Below, one piece after another: positions 19,901 through 28,694 of a stretch of 64,000 nucleotides of DNA. A program made the translations under genes and the position numbers. Numbering within the stretch: position 1 is the first letter of the stretch; the number at the start of each line of letters is the position of its first letter. Source of the DNA: Myxococcota bacterium (GTDB taxonomy: Bacteria > Myxococcota_A > UBA9160 > UBA6930); assembly GCA_965223415.1 (NCBI GenBank), contig OZ245002.1, positions 4,384,001-4,448,000 of the forward strand, read 5' to 3'. The notes beneath the pieces were generated by a model. That model ran no database searches. It saw nothing but the letters and a program-made list of their open reading frames with translations, and was not told where the DNA came from.

Positions 19901-20160
19901 GCCTGACCCTCGTCTACGACGTCGGCTCGGACTCCGGCGCCGTGCTCGGCCAGGTCCAGTACCGCTACTCCAGCAACTTCTCGGCGACCATGGGCTTCGC
20001 CCTCTTCGCGGGTCGCACCCAGCGCAAGGACATGGCCATCAACCCGATCGCCAGCCGCAACCGCACGGGCCGGGGCGCAGGGAAGGACTTCGTCGACAAC
20101 GGGCTCTCCGCCATTCGCGACCGGGACGAGCTCTTCGTGCGCGTGCGGTACTCCTTCTGA
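16909..20160 (+). CDS. large DUF1302-family outer-membrane protein with Cys-rich insertions
   Basis: RBS GGAGG; signal peptide; LKELYVD, LRIGKQTIVWGKT...NPQDL; C-terminal RDRDELFVRVRYSF beta-signal. Confidence 0.75.
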   Translation: MRRGIGAVAAALYGLALWATGAEAIDLWERRVQVHGYYDFQLRALADDLSYADDFDVSQMAHVLNLEVEAALAPNGFGPFDLVSAFARIEARYDCVWTRGCGLFPSINAYGDGAKRYPKRLHNGRRFGYVGGVWAGDTRRWRADPIETFGFSYKDRPEEGRVPSGIQHTEAFWTIFTSPGGDQVLGTADDPSPFYFDRYFQPGRCRFAVKRTQSYTDGVGVFNLGPMDPDCDVEPIAAFIDKPNPFRARDRNPLTGGGGGGALPFRPAPEIAFDSDSPEWIPRGLWIPNPELARLLEDGDLEEPALNFSQDELAWNRGASQGAEKELKELYVDVEMLDSRLWLRIGKQTIVWGKTELFRNQDQWNPQDLALSSLPGLEESRTALWALRAVYSFYNVGPLEDVSLELAVNFDDFEPADLGRCGEPYTVFLVCAGSFGFLAHGFEAKGLAGVRTPPSPWNSWHGLETGLRLEWRWRRFSFSLSDFYGYDDLPYLEKIYTFERNVDPATGRPRRENSRGVCRTGREDACLRAGRDALLHHAANQTLYAKNCASTFGIAALDPSACGLTIFNSQVDTDPTQAAAPRLMIAFANMWAGSLSNFGLSGGGAEVFAGLAAFTPQTTAALARFPWTQTVLGAGPSAGDRTPLVPLSVDLNDGGPSTLPPQFAGDFGVIIWQGSGLQPVLTDEQEALLGCGPFFQTQCDIDGIDLMNAEASAIMQSFVGFDGSSGEDWATTDRSRAQPGTVGFDGGPVCTRYEGGRLHVLPGCRGRGDDGYSVFVDGSTGGALHPFTGQPFRTEMSIFSWNFMMVLVGNSIPKDPNKIRIDEFDPDQAFRSGGCSFAKPQLCHAFSNFWLSVSSKRPTVRAGGNGRFGRRDFQWHDGTPVVTRFQKRNVLGFSMDFAEDVSKSNWALEFTWVDDVLQTDNDEQNGLSEVDTFNLSISADRPTFINFLNANRTLLFNAQVFVRYVSGYRKGFPSNGPWSTLVTLTATTGYFQDRLNPSLTLVYDVGSDSGAVLGQVQYRYSSNFSATMGFALFAGRTQRKDMAINPIASRNRTGRGAGKDFVDNGLSAIRDRDELFVRVRYSF

Positions 20161-20185
20161 GCCGCGGATCGCCTAGAATGGCGCT

Positions 20186-20626
20186 ATGGCGAAGATGGTC
20201 ATCGAGAAGGCGTACTTCGAGACCCGGGCCCAGGCGATGGACGACATCCGCGAGACCGGCTACTGGCCGACCACCTACGTCTCGGGGAAATCGCCGGAGC
20301 TGCCCCTCCACTACCACGATCACGACATCATCGGCTACGTGATCGAGGGCGAGGCCTACCTGCTCGACGAAGAAGAGCGGAGGGTGCCGATCGGTCCCGG
20401 CGACCGCCTGGTGATCCCGAAGGGCGCCTGGCACGCGGAGGGCGAGGTGACGGAGCCAGTGATCTATCTCGTCACCACCCGGGAGGCCGTGCCGTTCCTC
20501 GAGGCGATCCTGCCGCGGGAGCCGAAGGGCCCCTTCCCGGCGTTCGACGGATGGTGGTCCTGGTCACCGGCGCGTCCGGCGGGCTCGGTGAGGTGCTGGG
20601 ACGGCTCCTCGTCGAGAAGGGCCTGA
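20186..20626 (+). CDS. cupin domain protein
   Basis: LHYHDHD...YVIEG...GPGDRLVIPKGAWHAE; tail overlaps the next gene by 76 nt. Confidence 0.75.
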   Translation: MAKMVIEKAYFETRAQAMDDIRETGYWPTTYVSGKSPELPLHYHDHDIIGYVIEGEAYLLDEEERRVPIGPGDRLVIPKGAWHAEGEVTEPVIYLVTTREAVPFLEAILPREPKGPFPAFDGWWSWSPARPAGSVRCWDGSSSRRA

Positions 20627-21342
20627 CCGTCTACGGCACGATGCGGGACCCTTCCCGTCGCGAAGGGGAGGGCGCCTTCCCCATGCTGGCCATGGACGTC
20701 CTCGACGACGCCTCGGTCGAGAAGTGTGTGGCCGAGGTGCTGGGGCGCGAGGGCCGCATCGACGTCGTGATCAACTGCGTCAACCAGATGATCATCGGGT
20801 CCGTCGAGGAGCAGACCGTCGACGAGGTGCGCGCCCTCTACGACACGAACGTGTTCGGCGTGCTGCGCGTGTGCCAGCACGTGATCCCTGTGATGCGCCA
20901 GCAGGGGAAGGGCACGATCGTCAACATGAGCTCCCTGGGCGGGCTCCTCGCCGTGCCCTACATGAGCGCCTACACCTCGGCGAAGTTCGCCCTCGAGGCG
21001 ATGACCGAGGCCATGTACCACGAGGTCGCCGCCGACGGTATCGACGTGGTGATCATGCAGCCCGTTGCCATGGCGATGGAGCGGCCCGCCACCGGCGCCC
21101 ACCTCAGCACCGTGGAGGGCGTCGCCGCGGATTCGCCGAGCCACAAGATGGTCGAGCGGATGGCCCGGGACACGGCCGCCAGCAACCTCACACCGGAGGC
21201 CGTGGCGCAGAAGATCCATCAGGTGATCACCGCGGACAAGAAGCCTCTTCGCGTCCCGATGGACCGGGCCCGGGTGCTGGCGCTGCTCAAGGGCGTCGCG
21301 CCGCAGTCGGTGATCGATCGGCTGATCTCGGGATTGACCTAG
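20551..21342 (+). CDS. short-chain dehydrogenase/reductase
   Basis: TGASGGLG, YTSAK catalytic motif. Confidence 0.9.
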   Translation: MVVLVTGASGGLGEVLGRLLVEKGLTVYGTMRDPSRREGEGAFPMLAMDVLDDASVEKCVAEVLGREGRIDVVINCVNQMIIGSVEEQTVDEVRALYDTNVFGVLRVCQHVIPVMRQQGKGTIVNMSSLGGLLAVPYMSAYTSAKFALEAMTEAMYHEVAADGIDVVIMQPVAMAMERPATGAHLSTVEGVAADSPSHKMVERMARDTAASNLTPEAVAQKIHQVITADKKPLRVPMDRARVLALLKGVAPQSVIDRLISGLT

Positions 21343-21350
21343 CCCCGCCC

Positions 21351-21794
21351 CTAGGCCGGATCGAGGACGACGACCGGGATCGTGCGGTCCCCCGCGCGCT
21401 CCTGGTACTCATCGTAGGGCGGGTAGAGCTTCGCCATCTGCTTCCAGAGCGCCTCGCGTTCCCCGCCCTCGGCGACCCGCGCCCGGGTGGAGACCTTCTT
21501 GGCGCCGACCATGAGCTCACAGGCCGGCTCGGCCTCGAGGTTCAGGAACCAGACGGGATGGCTCGGCATGCCGCCCTTCGAGGCGATGATCACGTAGGCG
21601 TCGCCCGCCTCTCCGTAGATCAGGGGGAGGGAGCGGGGCTCGCCGGACTTCCGGCCTGTCGTCGTGAGCAGGAGGGTCGGAAGCACCCCGGGCCCGCCCA
21701 GCGGCGTCGAGTCCCAGAGACGCGCCTTCTCCGGGTCGGTCCGGTAGAGCTCGATGTGCTCGGCGATCCAGGGGATCTCGCTGAAGTTGGCCAC
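21351..21794 (-). CDS. nitroreductase-family deazaflavin (F420)-dependent oxidoreductase
   Basis: LLLTTTGRKSG, ASKGG..HPVWFLNL, YDEYQ...RTIPVVVL; GTG start after GAGGAGG. Confidence 0.9.
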   Translation of the reverse strand: MANFSEIPWIAEHIELYRTDPEKARLWDSTPLGGPGVLPTLLLTTTGRKSGEPRSLPLIYGEAGDAYVIIASKGGMPSHPVWFLNLEAEPACELMVGAKKVSTRARVAEGGEREALWKQMAKLYPPYDEYQERAGDRTIPVVVLDPA

Positions 21795-21829
21795 GGGGTC
21801 CTCCTCGTCCGCTGCAGGGTACACGATCA

Positions 21830-22205
21830 GTCGGCAACAGAATGTCCAGGACCCAGGGCGGAGACACCCGGCCTCGCTCCTCGTGCATCACGCGTGCGCG
21901 CGGAGGGTTCATGAGGAACCACGGACCGGGAAAGCGCTGCGCCAGGCCGTCCGGCCCGCACAGGACGACCAGCGTCGCGTCGGTCTCCGGACGCACGCGG
22001 GGCACGACGAGCTGCTCGTAGACGTCACGGAACCGCCATCCGCCCCAGGGCAGACCCCGCCGCGTCCAGGTCGTCACGCAGTGGAAGTCCGAGACTTGCT
22101 CTACTCGGATCCCGATAGTCTGGAAGACTTCTGTCTTCTCGTACCGCGGCGTCGACTGCATCTTCGCAAGGGCGTGAGGTAGCTTCTGGAGGCCAGGAGG
22201 GCGTC
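21830..22205 (-). pseudogene. remnant of molybdopterin-dependent oxidoreductase (MsrP/sulfite oxidase-like)
   Basis: SDFHCVTTW...W.G.RFRD present; the central HGAPLRL/YGYKS block expected in this family is missing; limits approximate. Confidence 0.6.
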
Positions 22206-22811
22206 TTGAAGGAGTCGAACGCGTCATCGAAGCTCCAGACCGGGGTCGGCTGGGGACTGCTCGCCCTCGGGATCGCCGTGTTTGCCGTTCGCCTGCTGCA
22301 CGAAGGTGCCTACGCGGTCCCCCGCGGCGGGAACCTGCTCGGTGGACTGGGGGCGCTGCTGCTCGGCGGCGTGCTGGTCTCGTCCGCAGCGCCGCGGGGG
22401 CTCCGATGGCTCGCCCTGGTGGTCAGCCCGGTGGTGCTCTTCTTCGGCCTCTACGCGACGATGGCGGAGCTCGAAGAGGTGGTGTCCCTCTACGCCACCG
22501 ACGGCGCCGGCCAGCCGGCAGAGCTGCGGCTCTGGATCGTGGACCGCGACGACGGCGCGTGGGTAGGGATGCCGCGCTCGAAGGCGGTCGAACACTCTCT
22601 GGACGGGGCGCGCCACGAGCTGCTCCGAAGCGGCGAGACCCTGTGCGTGGTGCCGGCCCTCCACGAGGATCGCGCGACCGTCCGGGCGATCCATGCCCTC
22701 AAGGTCGAGAAGTACGGAGTCGCCCGGGCTGCTGCGGCGGTCGGCCTCTACCCGAGCGAGGCTCCGGACGCCTCCGTCTCCCTACGGCTCGATCCCTGCC
22801 CTGGCGGGTGA
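22206..22811 (+). CDS. membrane-anchored hypothetical protein (split-barrel/DUF2255-like domain)
   Basis: Three TM segments, then EVVSLY..DG...LRLWIVD...KYG; similar to the gene at 48.2 kb. Confidence 0.55.
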   Translation: MKESNASSKLQTGVGWGLLALGIAVFAVRLLHEGAYAVPRGGNLLGGLGALLLGGVLVSSAAPRGLRWLALVVSPVVLFFGLYATMAELEEVVSLYATDGAGQPAELRLWIVDRDDGAWVGMPRSKAVEHSLDGARHELLRSGETLCVVPALHEDRATVRAIHALKVEKYGVARAAAAVGLYPSEAPDASVSLRLDPCPGG

Positions 22812-22907
22812 GGGGAGGCGCGGCCTCTGCGTCGCTGCCTCGGCAATGCTTGCTCGCGACCTGGGTTCCGGCCAAGGCGAGGCGCCGGTCCCCTCTTGGA
22901 GAGGCTC

Positions 22908-23474
22908 CTACTGCGCAGGAGCTTCGTCGCCAGCGTCCCAGGGCATGCTGCTCGTGACCCAATGGCTGATCTCCTCCTGCTGGTCGTTGCGATGGAGATG
23001 CCGCGGAGGCGAGGCGAAAGTCGCGTAGGGCCGACAGCGCAGGACGACCCGATCCTCGGCCTTCGCCATCGCCTCGACGGCGGGCCGAGCCTCTTCCGGG
23101 AGCGGGTTCCCCGACATCCGGCCTCCGACGGCCATCATCACGTCGACGACGAGCTCCGGGTCGTCATCGATCTCGGCGTCGCAGTAGACCTGGAGGTAGG
23201 CGAAGGGCCACCGCTCGTCGAGGACGCAGAGGCTGATCTTCGCGCTGCGGCCGACGGCCTTCGCCTTCGCGCGGTCCCGCATCGTCGACACCAGCAGCTC
23301 CTCCGAGTCGGTCGGGATGTAGTAGACGATCGACATGGCTGGGCCGTCGTCGCGGCGCCCGTAGCCGAACACGCAGGTCCGGTGCGTGCGCAGGAACTCG
23401 CGACGCTCGGACGGAAGCAGGTCTCGATCCGTGGGCGCCGTGAAGGGTTCGGGCGCGAGGGGGAGCAGGTTCAT
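22908..23474 (-). CDS. pyridoxamine 5'-phosphate oxidase (PPOX)-class F420-binding protein
   Basis: RRDDGPAMSIV, RAKAKAV...KISLCVLD, YLQV, DRVVLR. Confidence 0.8.
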   Translation of the reverse strand: MNLLPLAPEPFTAPTDRDLLPSERREFLRTHRTCVFGYGRRDDGPAMSIVYYIPTDSEELLVSTMRDRAKAKAVGRSAKISLCVLDERWPFAYLQVYCDAEIDDDPELVVDVMMAVGGRMSGNPLPEEARPAVEAMAKAEDRVVLRCRPYATFASPPRHLHRNDQQEEISHWVTSSMPWDAGDEAPAQ

Positions 23475-23504
23475 GGTTCGTGTTCCTTTCGGGCTGGGGA
23501 TGTT

Positions 23505-24077
23505 CTACGGGGCGGCGACGAGCCGCTTCGCGAGAAAGGTCATCATCCGGCTGGCCTCGCGCTTGCTGGCGCGGTGCATGACGAGGCCTTCCGCGGCCGT
23601 GATGAGGGCCTCCACGACGAGCTCCCGGTCGGCGGCAGGGATCGAGCAGAGCTCGATGGCGCGCCCGAGGTAGTCCGCGTATCGGCGGTGCGCCCGCTCG
23701 TGGAACTCGGCCATGGCGGACGAGTGGTGCGATCGCTCGTGCAGCGTCGCGATGAGCCTGTGCCGCTCGAGGCGGCGCCAGACGAACTCGGTGAGGAGCG
23801 TCTCCAGCTCTTTCACTTCTTGGCCCGGGAGCGACCGGGAGAGGCGCTCCTTCCCCTCCTCCAGGTCTTCCGATTGAAGCGCATGGAGCGCGGCCGCGAA
23901 GAGGTCGTCCTTGGTTGCGAAGTACCAGTGGACCACGTTGGTGGCGATCCCCGCTTCGCGGGCGATGGATGCGATGGTGGTCCCGTCGTACCCCTGCTCC
24001 TGGAAGAGCCGCTGCGCGATCGCGACGATCTCGGCGGTCTTGTCCTCGCGGGTCCGGTCGGGTCGGTTCCTAGCCAT
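23505..24077 (-). CDS. TetR/AcrR family regulator
   Basis: AQRLFQEQGYDGTTIASIAREAGIATNVVHWYFATKDDLF HTH. Confidence 0.9.
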   Translation of the reverse strand: MARNRPDRTREDKTAEIVAIAQRLFQEQGYDGTTIASIAREAGIATNVVHWYFATKDDLFAAALHALQSEDLEEGKERLSRSLPGQEVKELETLLTEFVWRRLERHRLIATLHERSHHSSAMAEFHERAHRRYADYLGRAIELCSIPAADRELVVEALITAAEGLVMHRASKREASRMMTFLAKRLVAAP

Positions 24078-24098
24078 CTCTAGATCAATAGTCTAGAG
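24078..24098. promoter_or_regulatory. palindrome, probable TetR operator
   Basis: CTCTAGA-tcaatag-TCTAGAG abutting the TetR start codon, between divergent TetR genes. Confidence 0.55.
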
Positions 24099-24131
24099 CA
24101 ATTCGGATCGCGAACTCCATCGCCCGCTCGG

Positions 24132-24726
24132 TTGACAGCGGCCGCGTTGATGGCGGAGCGGGGCTTCGCCGGAACGAGCATCTCCGCCGTGAAGGAGAGG
24201 TCGGGCCTGCCGTCGGGCTCGATCTATTGGCACTTCGAGAACAAGGAAGCGTTGCTCGGCGCGGTGATCGAGGAGGCGGCGACTCGCTGGTTCGAAGCCC
24301 TTCCGGGACCGGAGACGCTTCCCCCCGAGCCGCAGAAGCGGGTCGAGGCCCTGCTCGACGCGGCGGCGAGGTCGCTCCAAGATCGCCCCGAGTTCCTACG
24401 ACTGATCCTCCTCATCAGTCTCGAGCGGCGCGAAGTCGACGAGAAATCGCTCGCAACCGTTCGGCGCGCTCGTGCCCTCGCTCGGGAACGACTGACGACG
24501 ATCATGGGAGATCTGCTGGCGCCAGCAGCGGGCCCACACTCTCGCTCGGCGCTCGCTCAGCGATTCGCCGATTTCGCCTTGATGGTGGCGGACGGTGCGT
24601 TCATCGCGCACCACGTCGATTCGGAAGCGACCGATCTGCGCGCCGCCTTCGATCTGATGAGACGATCGCTCGCCGCCTACGCGCGGGAGATGCTCGCGAC
24701 GCCCCCCCCCATCCGCTCGAGGAGGC
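24132..24726 (+). pseudogene. TetR family regulator, N-terminally clipped and lacking its own stop
   Basis: ALMAERGFAGTSISAVKERSGLPSGSIYWHFENKEAL HTH; first helix short, no upstream in-frame start; reads through into dioxygenase sequence. Confidence 0.6.
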
Positions 24727-25105
24727 ATGATCATGGCAAGGTCCAGTCCGCCGTCTACGGGCGTTTCGAAGTGAAGAGCATCGCCAGGTGGCGCCGATTC
24801 ATGGAGCTCCTGTACGGCCTCGAGCTGAAGCCATCGACGAGGCCGGGCGAGTTCGAGGCGGTCGTCGACGACGCGGGCTCTCGGCTGCTCTTCTCCGAGG
24901 GGCCGGCGGAGGATCTCGTCGCATACGGATGGCTCTGTGACTGTCATTTCTCACGGGCATGACTCACCTTTTCTCACGGGCATGACCCAGGCCTGACCGC
25001 GGTTTTCTCACGAGCATGACCCACCCCAGATGGGGGGGGCTCAGGAGGAGGCCGGTCCCGTGGCCGACCCAGGCCATTCTGCGGCGCCAGAGGAGGCGCA
25101 GGCAG

Positions 25106-26818
25106 ATGGCGTATCGCGAGGTCGGCATGTGGGAGATTCTGGAGGTGCTCCGCCGGGCGCACCGAGGCGAGAGCCAGGTGGCGATGGCGCGGGCCACGGG
25201 GCACACGCGCAAGACGATCCGGCGCTACGTGCAAGTCGCCGGGGAGCTGGGCTGGGTCGCCAGGGGGCCGAGGGAGCCGGATGAGGCCCTGGCCCAAGGG
25301 GTGGCGGCTCGGGTGCGGCCTGTGCCCACGCAGCGCGACGCGGGAGAGAGCGAGGCGCAGCTGGCGCCGCATGCCGACCGGATCCGAGCGTGGCTCCAGC
25401 CCGAGGCGGGTGGCCGAGGACTGCGGCTGACGAAGGTCTACGACCTGCTCGGGCGCGAGGGCGTGCGCGTCCCCTACAGCTCGCTCCACCGCTTCGCGGT
25501 CCGCCACTGCGGGTTCCAAGACCGGCGCCGGGTGACGGTGCGCATGGCGGCGGTGGCCCCCGGCGAGCTCGCCGAGGTCGACTTCGGCCGCCTCGGCATG
25601 GTCTGGGATCCGGAGACCGGGCGCCGCCGCACCGTTCATGCCCTGATCGTCACCCTCGTCCATAGCCGCCACCAGTACGTCCACGTGACCTACGGCCAGA
25701 AGCTCCCCGATCTGCTCGAGGGGCTCGAGGACGCCTGGGCGTTCTTCGGCGGGGTCCCGGTGCGCGTGGTGCTGGACAATCTGAAGGCGGCCGTCACGAA
25801 GGCCGACCGCTACGAGCCGATCTTCCAGCGCACCTTCGCCGAGTACGCCCACTACCGCGGCTTCGTCATCGATGCCGCCGTGCCTCGGCATCCCAAGGGC
25901 AAGCCCCACGTCGAGCGCCAGGTGCAGTACGTGCGCGAGCGCTTCTTCCGTGGCGAGCAGTGGCTGGGACGCGACCACGTGCAGCGCGAGGCCGCGCGCT
26001 GGTGCCTGGAGGTCGCCGGCCAGCGCACTCACGGGACGACGCGCAAGAGGCCCCTGGCCGTCTTCGAGAACACGGAGAAGCCGGCTCTGCAGCCCCTCGT
26101 GCGCCCGCGCTTCGATCCGCCCACCTGGGCCGAGGCGAAGGTCCACCCCGACCACCACGTCCAGTTCCAAAAGGCCTTCTACACCGTGCCCACCCGCCAC
26201 GTGGGCAAGCGCGTCTGGGTTCGCGGCGACTCGAAGCTCATCCGCATGTACGTCGACGGCGAGTGCATCAAGACCCACGAGCGCGTGGACCCTGGCTGCC
26301 GCTCCACCGACTACCACGACTATCCGCCCGAGCGTGCCCCCTACGCCATGCGGGACCCGGAAGCGGCGATCCGCCAGGCGCGCGACCAGGGGCCTCACAT
26401 TGGGCGCTTCGCCGAGAAGCTCCTGGCCGGCCCCTTCCCCTGGTCCAAGCTCCGCCAGGCCCAGAAGCTGCTTCGCCTCGGCCACAAGTACGGCCTGCCG
26501 CGCGTCGACGCCGGCTGCCGCAGGGCCCTCGCCTTCGACCTCATCAACACGAAGCGCCTCGAACGCATCGTGGCCGAAGGCATCCAGCCGCTCGGCGACC
26601 CCAGCACCCCCGGACAGCTCCTGCTCCTGCCGCCCCGTTTCCTGCGCCCGCAAGGGCACTTCACCCACCCCAACGACAACCCCGACAAGGAGACCACCCC
26701 CCATGACGACCGAGATCAACCCGTCCCTCAAGACCCTGCTCAAACGCCTGAAGCTCTCGGGCATGCTGGCCACGCTCCCCGATCGCGTGGCCTACACCCG
26801 GAAGACGAAGCTCCCTGA
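25106..26818 (+). CDS. istA: IS21 family transposase IstA
   Basis: N-terminal HTH; EVDFG, VLDNLKAAV, PKGKPHVER DDE motifs; HGTT. Confidence 0.93.
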   Translation: MAYREVGMWEILEVLRRAHRGESQVAMARATGHTRKTIRRYVQVAGELGWVARGPREPDEALAQGVAARVRPVPTQRDAGESEAQLAPHADRIRAWLQPEAGGRGLRLTKVYDLLGREGVRVPYSSLHRFAVRHCGFQDRRRVTVRMAAVAPGELAEVDFGRLGMVWDPETGRRRTVHALIVTLVHSRHQYVHVTYGQKLPDLLEGLEDAWAFFGGVPVRVVLDNLKAAVTKADRYEPIFQRTFAEYAHYRGFVIDAAVPRHPKGKPHVERQVQYVRERFFRGEQWLGRDHVQREAARWCLEVAGQRTHGTTRKRPLAVFENTEKPALQPLVRPRFDPPTWAEAKVHPDHHVQFQKAFYTVPTRHVGKRVWVRGDSKLIRMYVDGECIKTHERVDPGCRSTDYHDYPPERAPYAMRDPEAAIRQARDQGPHIGRFAEKLLAGPFPWSKLRQAQKLLRLGHKYGLPRVDAGCRRALAFDLINTKRLERIVAEGIQPLGDPSTPGQLLLLPPRFLRPQGHFTHPNDNPDKETTPHDDRDQPVPQDPAQTPEALGHAGHAPRSRGLHPEDEAP

Positions 26819-27509
26819 GCTCGACCTCCTGGAGCTCGTCCTTCAGGACGAAGTCGATCGCCGCGACCACAAGAACCTCGAGACGCGCCTTTCCCGCGCC
26901 GGCTTCGAGGAAGAGCAGACCCTCGAGGCCTTCGACTGGGATGCCCCCGTCACCTTCGATCGCGATCGCGTGAAGGACCTCTTCTCCCTCGGCTTCCTCG
27001 AGCGCCACGAGGACGTCATCCTGCTCGGCCCCGTGGGCGTGGGCAAGACCTTCCTGGCCTCCGCCCTGGGACACGCCGCCTGCCGGGCCGGGCACCACGT
27101 CCTCTTCCTCCGCGTCGACCGCATGTTCCACTGGCTCCACCAGTCGCGAGCCGACCTCTCGACCGAGAAGGTCTTCCGACGCCTCCTCGCCCCGGACCTC
27201 CTCGTCCTCGACGACTTCGGCCTCCGGCGCCTCTCCGCCGAGCAGTCGAGCGATCTCTACGAGGTCGTCCTCGAACGCCACCGCCGCGCTTCGACGATCG
27301 TCACCAGCAACCGCGCCATCGAGGAATGGATCCCCCTCTTCGACGACCCCATCCTGGCCCAGAGCGCCCTCGACCGCCTCGCCCACAACGCCTACCAGCT
27401 CGTCATCGAGGGCGAGAGCTACCGCAAGCAACAGCGCCCCGGCGAAATGCCGACCCACACCCCCGCCAATCCCCAGCGCCGAAGCCGCCGCCGAACCCGC
27501 GTCCGCTGA
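26703..27509 (+). CDS. istB: IS21 helper ATPase IstB
   Basis: GPVGVGKT Walker A, LLVLDDFG Walker B, IVTSN, LDRLAH, GESYR. Confidence 0.95.
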   Translation: MTTEINPSLKTLLKRLKLSGMLATLPDRVAYTRKTKLPELDLLELVLQDEVDRRDHKNLETRLSRAGFEEEQTLEAFDWDAPVTFDRDRVKDLFSLGFLERHEDVILLGPVGVGKTFLASALGHAACRAGHHVLFLRVDRMFHWLHQSRADLSTEKVFRRLLAPDLLVLDDFGLRRLSAEQSSDLYEVVLERHRRASTIVTSNRAIEEWIPLFDDPILAQSALDRLAHNAYQLVIEGESYRKQQRPGEMPTHTPANPQRRSRRRTRVR

Positions 27510-28223
27510 CGCCAAACAAGGAGCGTGCTACCTCATCCACCGGCCCGGGACCCATGGGTCAACCCCGTGAGAATACCTGGGTCATGCCCGCGGGAATCGA
27601 CACTGTGACGATCTCGATGGCCTCGAGGAACGCATTCTGGCCTGCGGCGAGAAGGCCGATTGGGCGAGCGACGACGAGGCCAAGGAGCGGGGCGCTGGGC
27701 GCCTGCTTCGAACGGTGGACTCGGAGGGACTCGTCGTCGAGATCGCGGACGCCACGGCATCGCACCATTCGTACGAGGCCCCGCATCACGAACAGACCTA
27801 CAAGACGGGTCGACTCGGCGTCGGCCACTTCTCGTTTCAGTCCGCCGATCTCGACCGCCTCGAGCGGTTCTACGTCGATGCCCTCGGACTCGAGATCACC
27901 GACTACAACGACTTGAACCTGATGACGGGCGTCCGGGTGCGGGTCGGCTTCTACCGGGCGAACCCGAGGCATCACTCCGCGGGGTGCGCGAGCTTCGGAA
28001 TCCCGAGCCGGCAACGCCTGCACCACTTCTTCCTCGAGCTGCCCGATCACGATGCCGTCTGGGGACACCGGATGCCGGCTGCACAGAAGCTGCGCATGCT
28101 TCCGACCGTCGCGCGGGCCGCGGCGGGCCAGCTCCGAGCGCGATTCTCGGGTTAGGCCCGAGGCGGCACGATGACGAACCCCCAGCCACCCAAACAGCCA
28201 TCGAAGACAGGAAGAAGACGGAA

Positions 28224-28670
28224 ATGAGAGCGACGCTCAGTCCCGAAGCCACCTTGACTCTCGAAGAAGCCAACACGATGGCGAGCGCCGCCATCGCCGA
28301 AGCGCGGCGGCTGGAGCTCGCTCCGACTTCGGTCGCGGTACTCGATGCGGCCGGGACGACGAAGGCGATTCAGACCGAGGATCGGGTGGTGCTGATGAGG
28401 CCCCAGATCGCCACGGCGAAGGCCTGGGGCTGCCTCGGCCTCGGCTTCTCGACCCGCTCCTTCACGGGCATGGCAGAGGGCATGGGTCCGCTCTTCCAGA
28501 CCTTCCGCGCCCTCGCCGACGATCGGATCGTCCCGTCGCCCGGAGGCGTGCTGATCTCCCGCGACGGCGTTCTGGTGGGCGGGATCGGCGTCTCCGGCGA
28601 CACCGGCCCCAACGACGAGCTCTGCGCGATTGCGGGCGTCGAGGCGTCTGGCCTCGTCGCGCAGCTCTAG
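28224..28670 (+). CDS. GlcG/HbpS family heme-binding protein
   Basis: VAVLDAAG, IATAKAW, GGVLI...GGIGVSG..DE.CA..G. Confidence 0.85.
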   Translation: MRATLSPEATLTLEEANTMASAAIAEARRLELAPTSVAVLDAAGTTKAIQTEDRVVLMRPQIATAKAWGCLGLGFSTRSFTGMAEGMGPLFQTFRALADDRIVPSPGGVLISRDGVLVGGIGVSGDTGPNDELCAIAGVEASGLVAQL

Positions 28671-28694
28671 CGGGGCCGACCGGGGGACCTGGGC

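Larger units (their letters stand above)
24942..27602 (+). mobile_element. complete IS21-family insertion sequence (2661 bp)
   Basis: TG...CA ends; 22-bp IRs matching at 18 positions (TGTCATTTCTCACGGGCATGAC / TGTCGATTCCCGCGGGCATGAC); subterminal repeats; CTGTGAC duplication at 24935-24941 and 27603-27609; istA-istB. Confidence 0.95.
24727..28155 (+). pseudogene. extradiol ring-cleavage dioxygenase (BphC/HsaC-like VOC) interrupted by IS21
   Basis: Removing the IS and one copy of the duplication gives in-frame ...DLVAYGWLCD|DLDGLEERI...GRLGVGHF...RFYVDALG...NPRHHS...LHHFFLE; 5' frameshift and 3' deletion also present. Confidence 0.8.

Noticed and set aside
24942..25022. Three ~16-bp direct repeats resembling a mini-CRISPR or iterons
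   Set aside because: They are IS21 subterminal transposase-binding repeats; spacers too short and irregular, no cas or rep gene
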